Origin: Pseudomonadota bacterium
Lineage (GTDB): Bacteria > Pseudomonadota > Gammaproteobacteria > QQUJ01
Direction: 5' to 3'
Length of the DNA stretch: 64,000 nucleotides
NCBI GenBank assembly: GCA_008501635.1
Contig: QQUJ01000004.1
Location: 3,085 to 67,084 of the forward strand
In this document: positions 39,623 through 49,989 of the stretch, piece after piece
Position numbering within the stretch: the first letter of the stretch is position 1
How the letters are laid out: the number at the start of each line of letters is the position of its first letter
Translations under genes and position numbers: made by a program
The notes under the pieces: model-generated
What the model saw: the letters and a program-made list of their open reading frames with translations, nothing else
Told to the model about the DNA's origin: nothing
Database searches by the model: none

Positions 39623-40336
39623 CTATTCACTCGGCAAGGTCTGCATATAGGTGGCGAGATCGACAGCGATCTTCACATCCAAAGCCCGCAACGCCGGCAT
39701 ACTTTCGTTGGGCTGACCGTTGAGGATCTTGTGCAGCATTTCCGGTACGTTGTCGGCAACGGATCCCAGCGGCGGCGCATCTCTAACCTTTTTGCCGTCT
39801 CGCCCGTGGCAGCCGGCGCAAATGGTGTTGAAGTACGCCTCACCCTGTCCGGCGTTTCCTTTTGCAACCTTGCCTTCATAGTAGGGTGAATAGTCCACCT
39901 GACCTTTGGTGACAAATAGCGCAAGATCGCGGCGATCCGCCGCGGAGAGTTGCGCATCAGTAAAGGCGTGGTTCTTATCCCTGAGTATCGCTTCGATAGC
40001 ACTCGGGTCTTTGCCCGCCATGGCGCTGACGCCCTTGATACCGCTGGCATGGCTACCACTCTTGTAGGCCCCATCCTTGCCGCGATAGTCCCAGCCGTGA
40101 CACTCCTTGCAACGGAAAGAGTTGTGATTGGCGTATTTGCCGTCCTTGATCGGGTACGCGGCATGCTTGCCTTCAGGTTTGACAGTGCCGTTCTCTGCCC
40201 ACCACTTGTCGTAGAGCTTACCGCCGCGGGCGATCGCGGACTCCTCCTCCGCGGCCTGTACCGGCGCTACTGGCGCCACCAGCACAAGACCGAACAGGGC
40301 GAGCAATACAGCACCTGCTGAATATTTCGTTTTCAT
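39623..40336 (-). CDS. Periplasmic diheme cytochrome c
   Basis: Signal peptide, RGGKLYDKWW, CKECH, CAGCH. Confidence 0.85.
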   Translation of the reverse strand: MKTKYSAGAVLLALFGLVLVAPVAPVQAAEEESAIARGGKLYDKWWAENGTVKPEGKHAAYPIKDGKYANHNSFRCKECHGWDYRGKDGAYKSGSHASGIKGVSAMAGKDPSAIEAILRDKNHAFTDAQLSAADRRDLALFVTKGQVDYSPYYEGKVAKGNAGQGEAYFNTICAGCHGRDGKKVRDAPPLGSVADNVPEMLHKILNGQPNESMPALRALDVKIAVDLATYMQTLPSE

Positions 40337-40380
40337 TGTGGTACCCCTTTCGCGAATCAAATAGTTGACGTAATCCACCC

Positions 40381-40398
40381 AAGCAAACGACATACCAA
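40381..40398 (-). promoter_or_regulatory. sigma54 -24/-12 promoter
   Basis: Minus strand TTGGTATGTCGTTTGCTT (GG-N10-GC), 45 bp upstream of the cytochrome ATG. Confidence 0.75.
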
Positions 40399-40483
40399 CG
40401 TCGCTTCTGATAGATGGAGCAAGCAACACGAAAGAGTGGGCTGACTTGATCGGCTAAACAGGTGGGTCATAGACGCGCGAAAT

Positions 40484-40521
40484 TGTCACTGACAAGTGAC
40501 ATGTGTCGCTATTTTTTGACG
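40484..40521. promoter_or_regulatory. Putative enhancer (UAS) sites TGTC-N10-GAC(A/G) x2
   Basis: Perfect palindrome TGTCACT-N4-AGTGACA plus adjacent TGTCGCTATTTTTTGACG, about 90-120 bp upstream of the sigma54 site. Confidence 0.6.
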
Positions 40522-41876
40522 AATCCCCATCGCTGCATGCGTACGTAGAGATTCTGACGCGGGATACCGGAGAGCCGCGCTGCTTCGGAGACATTGCCTC
40601 CAGCTGTTTCCAGCACCCGTTCCAGGTAATCGCGCTCAAAGGCATGGCGCTCAATCTGGTAGGGATCTACGCCGGTCTGCTGCTGACTTTCAACGCCGGA
40701 CACTACCCTTTCGATACACCCCACGACATGTGCCGAATCCACTGGACCGCCGGGATGAAGAGCCACAAGTCGCTCCAGGGCATGCTCCAACTCGCGGACA
40801 TTGCCGGGCCAATCGTGGGCTTCCAGCCGGCGTATGGCATCCGTCGACAGGGGGCCGACTTGCTTGTTGAATTTTTCGTTAAAGTGATCGAGAAAGTGAG
40901 TGGCGAGGCGCAGCAAGTCGCTGTCGCGCTCGCGCAGTGAAGGTAGGCGCAGCACAATAACGTTGATGCGGTAATAGAGATCCTCCCGGAAGCGACCCGC
41001 CTGCACCTCTGCCGCCAAGGCACGGTTGGTGGCACAGATCAGACGGAAATTGCTGGTACATGGCTCGGTGCTGCCAATCCGGTTAAATCGACCGTCCTGC
41101 AAGACCCGCAGCAGACTTGCCTGGAGTTTCGGACTCATGTCGGCAATCTCATCGAGAAAAATGGTGCCACCATCGGCTTTTTCGAAAAACCCGAGCGTGG
41201 CGCGCAACGCACCGGTAAATGCCCCCTTTTCGTACCCAAAAAGCAAACTTTCTAGCAGATTTTCCGGCAACGCACCGCAATTCACATCGAGGAATTTCCC
41301 CTGCGCCCGCTGACTCTCTGCGTGCACCACCTTGGCGACGAGATCCTTGCCCGTACCGCTTTCCCCTTCGAGCAGCACCGTGGCGTCCAGGTGGGCCACC
41401 TGGTGGATTTGTTCGATCAGCCGTTTCATAACAGGCGACTGGCCGATCAGGACCGGTGCACCCCCTGCCGCCGCCAGCGAAGCGCGTAGCGAATCGATCT
41501 CCCGGTAGGCGCGATCCAGCTCCAAGGCGGTGTCAATGACCCTTTCCAGCTCTTCCAGATCCTCGAAGGGTTTAGTGAGGTAATCGAACAATCCCTCGCG
41601 CACCGAGGCCATCGCATCACGCACGTCGGCGTAGCCGGTCATGAGGATCGCAACAAGGCGGGGGCGCCGTTCGCGCATCTCGCGCAGCAATTCCAGCCCG
41701 TTCCCATCTGGAAGACGCTGATCCATGAGCACGAGGTTGAAATCCTCGGTAACGAGCAGACGACGTGCTTCGGCGGCATTCTCGGCAAAGGCCGGTTGGG
41801 TCGGTCGGGTCTGAAGCAGTTCCTGCAGCAGGCCGCGAGTGTAACGATCATCGTCGACGATCAGGATTTTCGACAT
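40509..41876 (-). CDS. sigma54-dependent NtrC-family response regulator
   Basis: REC domain, GESGTGKD, GAFTGA, FREDLYYRI, Fis-type HTH. Confidence 0.93.
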   Translation of the reverse strand: MSKILIVDDDRYTRGLLQELLQTRPTQPAFAENAAEARRLLVTEDFNLVLMDQRLPDGNGLELLREMRERRPRLVAILMTGYADVRDAMASVREGLFDYLTKPFEDLEELERVIDTALELDRAYREIDSLRASLAAAGGAPVLIGQSPVMKRLIEQIHQVAHLDATVLLEGESGTGKDLVAKVVHAESQRAQGKFLDVNCGALPENLLESLLFGYEKGAFTGALRATLGFFEKADGGTIFLDEIADMSPKLQASLLRVLQDGRFNRIGSTEPCTSNFRLICATNRALAAEVQAGRFREDLYYRINVIVLRLPSLRERDSDLLRLATHFLDHFNEKFNKQVGPLSTDAIRRLEAHDWPGNVRELEHALERLVALHPGGPVDSAHVVGCIERVVSGVESQQQTGVDPYQIERHAFERDYLERVLETAGGNVSEAARLSGIPRQNLYVRMQRWGFVKK

Positions 41877-43641
41877 CAGCGCCTCTCTCCGCCTCCTCGT
41901 CGGGCAACCATATTGCAAATCGCGCGCCGCCTTCTTCACGGTTCGCGGCATCCACCCGTCCACCGTGCAGTAGCGTCACGTAAAGAACCACCGGCAGTCC
42001 CAAACCGGTGCCCTCCGGTCGGGTCGTGAAAAACGGATCGAATAGGCGCTCCATCACCTCCGGTTCCAGGCCCGGCCCTTCGTCCTCGACAGTGAGCATC
42101 CAGCCCGGGCGGCCATTCTCAGGAGAGTATCCGGGTTCCAATGTCAACCAGATGCGTCCCTTACCACCCATTGCCTGACAGGCGTTGAGCAATAGGTTGA
42201 ACAGGGCGTGTCTGAGCAGCACGGGATCGACCGCAATCCGGACCTGCTCGGGCACCCGGAGTTCCACACTGACCTGTTGTCCGCCGCTCTGGCGAAACAG
42301 CGAGATCGTCTCGCGCACCAACGCGCACAGATCTGTCGATTTGCGATGAACGCGCGAGACCTTGGTAAACTCGAGCATACGCCGTACGAAGCTTCTGCAG
42401 TCCTCACCCGCCTGGCGAATCTCGCCCAGCAATTTGCGGACCCGCAGCGGATCATCGATCACACGCTCTGCCAGCTGGGCCATATTGACCACACCAACCA
42501 GGGGATTATTCAACTGATGCGCGATCTCGCCGGTCAATGTACCGAGCGCTGAGAGCTTCTCTACCTGAGCCATGCGCTGATGTTCGGTGCTGATGTGCAA
42601 CAAGCGCATTTCAAGCTCGTGCTGCCGCTGGTAGTCGCGTTCGACACGGGCCAACGCGCTGCGAAAAAAGAGGAACACGAAGACTCCCGCCAAAACGCTG
42701 ACCAGCGTGGCCAGCAGCAGCGAGCGGCGGAAGTTGGCCTCTAACCGGGTTACGTCGCGCACGATCACCAAGCGGCCGATCTCGTTACCAGCGGCATTGG
42801 TCAGCGGCAGACTGGCGAAAAAGAGGCCTTTGCGGTTATCGCTGACCTCGATCTCCCCACCCCTCGCCAGAATGGGCGAGAACCGCTCCTTGAGCGCGAT
42901 CGGGATCCGCTCCAGGGTCTGCGCAACCAGCACAAAGGATCGAAATTCGTCCCACTGCCCTTCCCGGCCAAGCAGCCGTAATCCGGCTTCCCACCGCTCC
43001 CGCGTCAGATACTGCTTGTCGACAAAGGCCAGGAGTTCCACACCGAGTGTGGCCCGGATATCGAACAGCAGATGCTCGATCTCCTGACCGAGCTCCACGT
43101 ATCCGAGCAGTTCCGCGCCGCGTTTCCAGGGGATTACGGTGCGCAGCGTCAGGGTCCCCTGCCGGCCCAGTTCTAGGCCATAGACAACCTGCTGGAGCTC
43201 CTTCGCGCGTTGAACCGTAAACCGGTCGATCACATCGCCATACTGTTGGGGGTCATACATGCGCAACAGGTTCACCAAATCGGGACCGGTGAAATAGAGG
43301 TGGGTGATCCCGTAATCGGTGCGGATCGTCTCGAACAGCGGCGTCGCGATATCGAGCAGCGCCTGGCGATCATGGACGGCCAGCGCCTTCTCCAGTGCCC
43401 GATTGTGAAATAGCGCCGTAGCCAGGCCGCGCATCGCCTTCGCCTCTTTCTCCACCTTTTGACGCAATAGTGTACTCACAGCGCTGGCACTCTTGGCGAG
43501 ATCGTCATCGCGTGTCTTCTGTTCGAGGAAATAGACGGTGACGAGGAAGGCCGCCACCACCAATAGAACCACCACGAGAAAGGTACCAAGGATCGATGTG
43601 ACGACCCTTCGTCCATGCCGCGCTGGCCTGTCGTTTTTCAT
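41848..43641 (-). CDS. Sensor histidine kinase with periplasmic Cache-like domain
   Basis: Two TM, IAHQLNNPL H-box, NLLLNA, DEGPG, PFFTT, GTGLGL. Confidence 0.92.
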   Translation of the reverse strand: MKNDRPARHGRRVVTSILGTFLVVVLLVVAAFLVTVYFLEQKTRDDDLAKSASAVSTLLRQKVEKEAKAMRGLATALFHNRALEKALAVHDRQALLDIATPLFETIRTDYGITHLYFTGPDLVNLLRMYDPQQYGDVIDRFTVQRAKELQQVVYGLELGRQGTLTLRTVIPWKRGAELLGYVELGQEIEHLLFDIRATLGVELLAFVDKQYLTRERWEAGLRLLGREGQWDEFRSFVLVAQTLERIPIALKERFSPILARGGEIEVSDNRKGLFFASLPLTNAAGNEIGRLVIVRDVTRLEANFRRSLLLATLVSVLAGVFVFLFFRSALARVERDYQRQHELEMRLLHISTEHQRMAQVEKLSALGTLTGEIAHQLNNPLVGVVNMAQLAERVIDDPLRVRKLLGEIRQAGEDCRSFVRRMLEFTKVSRVHRKSTDLCALVRETISLFRQSGGQQVSVELRVPEQVRIAVDPVLLRHALFNLLLNACQAMGGKGRIWLTLEPGYSPENGRPGWMLTVEDEGPGLEPEVMERLFDPFFTTRPEGTGLGLPVVLYVTLLHGGRVDAANREEGGARFAIWLPDEEAERGADVENPDRRR

Positions 43642-43677
43642 TACACTTCCCGCTTTCCCGAGTGCCCGTCACATTAG

Positions 43678-43837
43678 GGAACCTCTGATCAAATCGTGTT
43701 CAGTGATTCTGTTGCCCGGAAGCGACGATTGCGGTGTTGGAAAGCTCGGCCATAGCGGGCTATTACCTGCACTTTCCGCCTTGAACTCACCCCTTCCGTA
43801 CAGCACTCCCATCTAAACAGACTTGATCATAGGTTCC
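43678..43837 (-). mobile_element. 160-bp MITE-like element, copy B (inverted relative to A)
   Basis: Ungapped match to the reverse complement of copy A, about 14 mismatches by manual count. Confidence 0.85.
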
Positions 43838-44100
43838 TCAGGTTCTACCCGTTTGCAGGGCGAGCTCTCGAACCTTCCCTCCATTGTGGCGGGGATCGCT
43901 GCGGATATCCAAAGGACGCTGACGACAAGCGACATGCAGCAAGGCGAGGGCGCGCAAGAAGCGCGTTCGGCTATACATCCGGTGATATCCCTTTGCCGGT
44001 GCGCGACCCGTTAGAATCCCGTGTACCCAAAAGCACGCCCAACTCATCCTGCTATCATGGACCGCGCTGCCCAATAGCGCACTCGACCACCAGCCCTGCA

Positions 44101-46164
44101 ATGGATACCACCACGCAGACCACCACGATCCCGCTGCACCACCCGCTGCTGCGCGGCGATCAACGCCTGCGTATCGCCTTGGTCGGTCTGCCCAAAAGCG
44201 GCAAGAGCACCATTTTCCAGGCGGTCTCCTCGACCAGCATCTATCGTGGCGAATTGCTCGGCACCCGCAAGGACTTCAGCGAATCGCGTGTGCAGATCGG
44301 GCTTGATGAAGCCTCGGTGGTGGATCTGCCCAGCATCGATGCTTTGCATCACCTACCCGAAGAGGACCGCGTCACCCTGAAGCACCTGCTGTGGGGCGAT
44401 CGCCGCCCACCGGTGAGCAGTCACGAGGGCGGCGAGCCGCCGGCGCCGTTCGCGCCACCGCAGGTGCTGATTCAGGTGGTCGACGCTACGGCGCTGCAGC
44501 CGAGCCTGGAACTCACCCTGGAACTGAGCCTGCTCGGGCGTCCGCTGGTGATCGCCCTCAATCGCCTCGACGAGGCGCGGCGCAAGGGACTGTTCATCAA
44601 CGCCGACACACTCAGCCAACAGCTCGGCGTGCCGGTGATCCCCACAGTCGCCCATATGGGCAAGGGGATAGCCGCCCTGTTCGAAGCCGCAGTGGCGGCG
44701 TATCGCAATCAGGTATGCCCGTTGCCCGAACCGGCCAGCCCCCATCTGCAGATCGCCCTGCAGCCACTCGGCAGAACGTTGGCGCGTCCGGCGCTGCATA
44801 AGGCCTTCCGGGTCCCGCAATCCCTGCTGTTGATGCAGCTTGCGGTTGGCGACGATTACTTCCAGGACGAACTTCTGGCCCACTTCCCCCAGGTGATTCC
44901 CGAGATCGCAGCCGCGTGCGTCGCTGCCGAAGAGCACCTGCCGCGACCCCTGGCCGATGAGTTGCATGCCGATCGCCACCATCGCGCGGCCACCCTCTAC
45001 GAGGCTGCGACGCGGCTCGGCGGGAGCGCTGACGACCGTCGCTGGAAGCGCTGGCTTGACGAGCTGTTTCTGCATCCACGCTGGGGGCTGGTGGGCAGCC
45101 TCGCTGTCTTCGCGCTGGTGCTCTATGTCGTCTTCGAGGTGAGCGCCGTGCTCGATAGCTGGAGCGTGGGACCGCTCACCGCGTGGGCCGATCAATGGCA
45201 GCCGCAATCGACGACCGGGGTGATCGGGCGTGCCGTCATCGACGGTCTGATCGGGCTGGTGGGCATCGTCGTGCCCTACATGATCCCCCTGGTGATGCTG
45301 CTGGTGGCGCTTGAGGAGTCGGGCATCATGCAGCGCATCGCCTTCGTGGTGGACCGCGGTTTCCATCACATCGGCCTGCACGGCGGGGTGGCGGTGCCGT
45401 TTCTGCTCGGCCTCGGCTGCAACGTCCCGGCCATCTCCGCAGCCGCGCGCATGGGTCAGGGGCGCGAGCGGGTCGTCGCCGCGCTGCTGATCACCTTCGT
45501 CCCCTGCTCGGCGCGCTCGGCCGTCATCCTCGCCATCGGTGGCAAGTATCTCGGCGGCCTCGGTGTCTTCGCCATCTTCGCCATGACCCTGGTGGTGATC
45601 GCGGTACTGGGGCGCGTGCTGTCGCCGCGCTTCGGCGACGCCATGCCGGGGCTGATCCAGAACATCCCCGCCTATCGACTCCCCCGCTTCCGGTCCCTGA
45701 CAGCACAGACCTGGGAACGCACCAGCGACATCCTCACCATCGTCACGCCGCTGCTGGTGGGCGGTAGCGTGGTGCTGGCCCTGCTCAGCCATGCCGGCGC
45801 AGACGCCACGATCAACACCCTGCTGATGCCGATCACCGACTGGTGGCTGGGCCTGCCGGTGGTACTTGGCGTACCGATCCTGTTCGGCATCCTGCGCAAG
45901 GAGCTGTCGCTGCTGATGGTCTACCAGGCGCTCGGCACCTTCGAGATCGGTCCGTTGCTGAGCGATGTGCAAATCCTCACCTTTCTGCTCTTTCTCACCT
46001 TCTATGTCCCCTGCATCTCGACCTTCGCGGTGATGATGAAGAGCCTGGGGCAGCGCGAGGCGTTCTACTCGGTGACACTTTCGGTGGGCGTGGCGCTGGT
46101 GATCGCCGGGGTGGCGCGGGCGTTGATGGAAACGGCTGCCTGGGTGACGGGCGGCTGGCTCTAA
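44101..46164 (+). CDS. feoB: FeoB-like ferrous iron transporter with divergent G motifs, no feoA nearby
   Basis: GLPKSGKST, VVDAT, LEESGIM, LGLGCNVPA, VPCSAR, FYVPCIST. Confidence 0.8.
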   Translation: MDTTTQTTTIPLHHPLLRGDQRLRIALVGLPKSGKSTIFQAVSSTSIYRGELLGTRKDFSESRVQIGLDEASVVDLPSIDALHHLPEEDRVTLKHLLWGDRRPPVSSHEGGEPPAPFAPPQVLIQVVDATALQPSLELTLELSLLGRPLVIALNRLDEARRKGLFINADTLSQQLGVPVIPTVAHMGKGIAALFEAAVAAYRNQVCPLPEPASPHLQIALQPLGRTLARPALHKAFRVPQSLLLMQLAVGDDYFQDELLAHFPQVIPEIAAACVAAEEHLPRPLADELHADRHHRAATLYEAATRLGGSADDRRWKRWLDELFLHPRWGLVGSLAVFALVLYVVFEVSAVLDSWSVGPLTAWADQWQPQSTTGVIGRAVIDGLIGLVGIVVPYMIPLVMLLVALEESGIMQRIAFVVDRGFHHIGLHGGVAVPFLLGLGCNVPAISAAARMGQGRERVVAALLITFVPCSARSAVILAIGGKYLGGLGVFAIFAMTLVVIAVLGRVLSPRFGDAMPGLIQNIPAYRLPRFRSLTAQTWERTSDILTIVTPLLVGGSVVLALLSHAGADATINTLLMPITDWWLGLPVVLGVPILFGILRKELSLLMVYQALGTFEIGPLLSDVQILTFLLFLTFYVPCISTFAVMMKSLGQREAFYSVTLSVGVALVIAGVARALMETAAWVTGGWL

Positions 46165-46168
46165 TCTG

Positions 46169-47233
46169 TCATAGAGCGCGGCGCATCAGATAAACCGCCA
46201 ACCCAGTAAAAAGCAGCAGCGGCAATGACGCCGCGAAAAGCGGGTTGAGGTCGAACACCTGTCCCATGTGTCCAAAACTGCGCGAGAGAATCTGAAAGCC
46301 GATGCCGAGCAGCGTGCCTATCAGCACCCTCTGACTGACCGGTACCGAACGGTTCGAACCGAAGACGAAAGGCAGTGCCAACGATAACATCACCACGGTG
46401 GCCACAGGCGCAAGCACGCGGATCCAGAATGCGATCCGGTAGCGCTGGGATTCCAGGCCGTTCCGTTCCAGGTAATCGATATACTGATGCAGCCCCGCCG
46501 TGGACAGGCGTTCCGGCTCGACTGAGACCACCTTGACCAGCTCCGGATCGAGGTCGGTGCGCCACACCATCTCGTCAAGACGCTCCGCCTTGACCCGCTC
46601 TGCCCCGATCTCACTGCGTGCCACATCGCGCAGCCGCCACTCGCCCTTCAGGTAAACGCCACTTGCGGCATGCAGCGAGTAACGCAGCTGCTGCGCCGAA
46701 TCGAACTCGTAGACGTAGACATCCACCAAGCGCGAGCCCGGCAGGATGCGGCGAATGTTGATGTAACGATCACCCTCGCGTACCCAGAAGCCGAGTTTGG
46801 TCTTGTTGGAAAACTCCTTGGACAACGCGGCCGCGCGCCGCTCCTGTGCCCACTGGTCGGTCACCGGCGAGATGCCTTCGCCAAGAATCAGCGTCACCAC
46901 GATCAACACAAAACCGACCCGCATCACCGAGCCGAAGATACGCAGCACCGAGACTCCGGCGGCACGCACCACCACCAACTCGCTGTTGTTGGCCAACGCA
47001 CCCAAGCCGATCAGGGTGCCGATGAGCGCGGCGAGGGGCAGCATCTCGAAGGCACGCCGCGGCATGGTGAGCAGCACGTACTCCAGCGCCTGCAACAGGC
47101 CGTAGTTGCCGCTGCCGACATCGGCCAGCTCGACCACGAGATCGATCACCGTCATCAGCGCCACCAGAATCAGCAGCACCGTCAGCGACCCCTGCAATAC
47201 CGCGCGCCCCAGGTAACGATCGAGGATTCTCAT
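46169..47233 (-). CDS. lptG: LPS export permease LptG
   Basis: MRILDRYL, LANNSELVVVRAAGVS; follows lptF. Confidence 0.93.
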   Translation of the reverse strand: MRILDRYLGRAVLQGSLTVLLILVALMTVIDLVVELADVGSGNYGLLQALEYVLLTMPRRAFEMLPLAALIGTLIGLGALANNSELVVVRAAGVSVLRIFGSVMRVGFVLIVVTLILGEGISPVTDQWAQERRAAALSKEFSNKTKLGFWVREGDRYINIRRILPGSRLVDVYVYEFDSAQQLRYSLHAASGVYLKGEWRLRDVARSEIGAERVKAERLDEMVWRTDLDPELVKVVSVEPERLSTAGLHQYIDYLERNGLESQRYRIAFWIRVLAPVATVVMLSLALPFVFGSNRSVPVSQRVLIGTLLGIGFQILSRSFGHMGQVFDLNPLFAASLPLLLFTGLAVYLMRRAL

Positions 47234-48315
47234 GCCACCGACCTGCGCCAGCCAGGACCTGAACGCCGCGCCTGCAATGCCAGCCACAGGGCCAGTACGC
47301 CGATGTGCACCCACCACATTCCCAGTGCGGAGGGGATGACACCACGGGCCAGCCAGGTCTCCGCCATGACCAGGATGTTCGCGTAGACCACGTAGACGAG
47401 GATCGCCAGAAAGAGTTTTCCGTAGCGCCCCTGCCGCGGTGAGGCGTAGCTGAGCGGCAGCGCCAGCAGCGCCAGCAGCAGGGCACTGATCGGAACAGCC
47501 AGGCGGGTATGCAGCTCGGCCCAGGCCCAGGTCGTTCCCTCGGCGAGCAACTCTCGCGTCGGGCGGCCCTTGGTCCGTATGGTTCTGTCCGCCTGCGGAT
47601 CGCGCTCATCGATACGCACCGCGTATTCCTTGAAATCGAGGATGGTGTAGTCGGCATCGCCGGGGTGGCCCTCGAATCGTCGCCCATCCGCCAACACCAG
47701 ATAGCGATCGCCAGTGTCCGGGTCGGTGCGCTCCTGGCCGCTTTCAGCCACCACCACACCCAGGCGATCGTTGCTGCGATTCTGGATGAACACCCCTTGA
47801 TAGCGGTTCTGTTCGCGATTGAGCGTTTCGGTGTAGAAGACCACCCCGCCGTCATCCGATTCCTTGAAACGGCCGGCGCTGATCCCCGAGACATCGGCGC
47901 GTTGCTCTGCGTCCTGCTTGATGCGTTCGCCGGTGGCATCGGCCCACGGGCCCACCGTGAACGACAATCCGCTCAACAGCACGACAACCGGGACAATAAA
48001 GATCAACAGCGCGCGGTAGAGTCTGTCATAGCCGACCCCGCACGCATTCAGCACCGTGATTTCGTTATCGCGATACATGCGGCCCATGGTCAGCAACACC
48101 GCAATGAAAACTGCCGGCGGAATCACCAATGCCAGGTTGGTGACCGATTTCAGGAACAGCAACGCAAAGATCACATCGCCCGCCATTTCACCGGCCGCCA
48201 CACGCGCCAGCAGCGGTGCCACCCGGCTGCTCAGATAGATGAGCATCAATACGGTCGCCACCGACAGCAGCGATTTGCTGAACTCTTTGAGCAGATAACG
48301 GTTGATGACGGTCAA
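47230..48315 (-). CDS. lptF: LPS export permease LptF (start approximate)
   Basis: INRYLLKE, GRMYRDNEI, PRQGRYG; divergent from pepA. Confidence 0.92.
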   Translation of the reverse strand: MTVINRYLLKEFSKSLLSVATVLMLIYLSSRVAPLLARVAAGEMAGDVIFALLFLKSVTNLALVIPPAVFIAVLLTMGRMYRDNEITVLNACGVGYDRLYRALLIFIVPVVVLLSGLSFTVGPWADATGERIKQDAEQRADVSGISAGRFKESDDGGVVFYTETLNREQNRYQGVFIQNRSNDRLGVVVAESGQERTDPDTGDRYLVLADGRRFEGHPGDADYTILDFKEYAVRIDERDPQADRTIRTKGRPTRELLAEGTTWAWAELHTRLAVPISALLLALLALPLSYASPRQGRYGKLFLAILVYVVYANILVMAETWLARGVIPSALGMWWVHIGVLALWLALQARRSGPGWRRSVA

Positions 48316-48475
48316 GAAGTTTTCGCTTTGAAAATTTAGCCGGAGTTTCGCTCGATAAAATCGCTCATTGCGATAAACTTGCCGCAATCGATAGTTTTGA
48401 TTGGCGCCTGCGGACACCCCTCTGCGCAAGGTTACGTCAGAACGCCCTTCCTGAAAACCAAACCCCGGAGCTGTA

Positions 48476-49975
48476 ATGGAATTCCAGATCAAAAGCGGTA
48501 CTCCCGAAAAACAGCGCACCGCCTGCCTGGTCGCCGGCGTCTACGAAGGCAAACGCCTGTCGCCCGTTGCCGAAGCGCTCGACAAGGCGGCGAATGGCCA
48601 TCTCACCCAGGTGATCCGCCGCGGCGATCTCCTGGGCAAGTCCGGCCAGACGCTGCTGCTCCACCAGGTGCCGGGAATCACGGCGGAACGGGTGCTGCTG
48701 GTCGGCTGCGGCAAAGCCGCGGAGTTCGGTGATCGCCAGTACCGCGAAGCCCTCCTCGCCGCCCTGCGCAAGCTGCAGGAGACCGGCGCGGCCGATGCGC
48801 TGCTCACCCTGACCGAGCTCGACATCAAGGGGCGCGACAGCTACTGGAAGGTCCGCCAGGCCGTCGAAATCGCCGCGGCCAGCGCGTATCGCTTCGAAAC
48901 GACCAAGTCCAAAAAGGACAAGACACCGCGACCGCTGCGCAAAATCGCCCTCTCGGTAACGGAAAAGAGAGCGCACAAGGCTGGTGAGCAGGCGATTCGC
49001 CACGGTAGCGCCATCGGCGCCGGCAGCGTGCTGGCCAGGGAACTCGGCAATCTGCCCGCCAACATCTGCACCCCCACCTACCTGGCCGCCCAGGCACGCC
49101 AGCTGGCACGGGGCAACGCCAAGCTCAGGGTGACGGTGCTCGACCAGAAACAGATGGAGAAACTGGGCATGGGCTCACTGCTTTCGGTCGCCAAGGGCAG
49201 CCAGGAGCCGCCGAAGCTGATCGTGCTGGAGTACGGCGGCGGCAAGAAGGGCGACAAACCCCACGTGCTGGTGGGCAAGGGAGTCACCTTCGACTCCGGC
49301 GGCATCTCCATCAAACCCTCACCCGCCATGGACGAGATGAAGTTCGACATGTGCGGCGCGGCGAGCGTGCTGGGCACGCTCAAGGCCTGCACCGAGCTCG
49401 ATCTGCCGCTCAACGTGGTCGGCATCGTGCCCGCCTGCGAGAACCTGCCCAGCGGCACCGCCAACAAGCCGGGCGATGTGGTGACCAGCATGGCGGGACT
49501 CACTATCGAGATCCTCAACACCGACGCCGAGGGCCGGCTGATCCTCTGCGACGCGCTGACCTATGCCGAGCGCTACCACCCGAAGTCGGTAATCGACATC
49601 GCCACCCTGACCGGCGCCTGCGTCATCGCCCTGGGTAAGCACGCCTCGGGTCTGTTGGCCAATCACGCCCCGCTGGCCCAGCAGCTGCTGAAAGCCGGCA
49701 CCTACGCCGGCGACCGGGTCTGGGAACTGCCGCTGTGGGAGGAGTACCAGGAGCAGATCAAGACCAACTTCGCCGATGTCGCCAACGTCGGCGGCCGCGA
49801 GGCCGGCACCATCACCGCCGCCTGTTTCCTGGCGCGCTTCACCAAGAAGTACCACTGGGCGCATCTCGACATCGCCGGGACCGCCTGGCTGCAGGGCGAG
49901 GCCAAGGGCTCGACAGGGCGGCCGGTGCCGTTGCTGACCCAATACCTGCTGGATCGGTCGAGGAGCGCGACCTGA
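48476..49975 (+). CDS. pepA: Leucyl aminopeptidase
   Basis: GKGVTFDSGG, MKFDMCG, NTDAEGRL, ATLTGA, HLDIAG. Confidence 0.97.
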   Translation: MEFQIKSGTPEKQRTACLVAGVYEGKRLSPVAEALDKAANGHLTQVIRRGDLLGKSGQTLLLHQVPGITAERVLLVGCGKAAEFGDRQYREALLAALRKLQETGAADALLTLTELDIKGRDSYWKVRQAVEIAAASAYRFETTKSKKDKTPRPLRKIALSVTEKRAHKAGEQAIRHGSAIGAGSVLARELGNLPANICTPTYLAAQARQLARGNAKLRVTVLDQKQMEKLGMGSLLSVAKGSQEPPKLIVLEYGGGKKGDKPHVLVGKGVTFDSGGISIKPSPAMDEMKFDMCGAASVLGTLKACTELDLPLNVVGIVPACENLPSGTANKPGDVVTSMAGLTIEILNTDAEGRLILCDALTYAERYHPKSVIDIATLTGACVIALGKHASGLLANHAPLAQQLLKAGTYAGDRVWELPLWEEYQEQIKTNFADVANVGGREAGTITAACFLARFTKKYHWAHLDIAGTAWLQGEAKGSTGRPVPLLTQYLLDRSRSAT

Positions 49976-49989
49976 TTCATCAAGAGATA

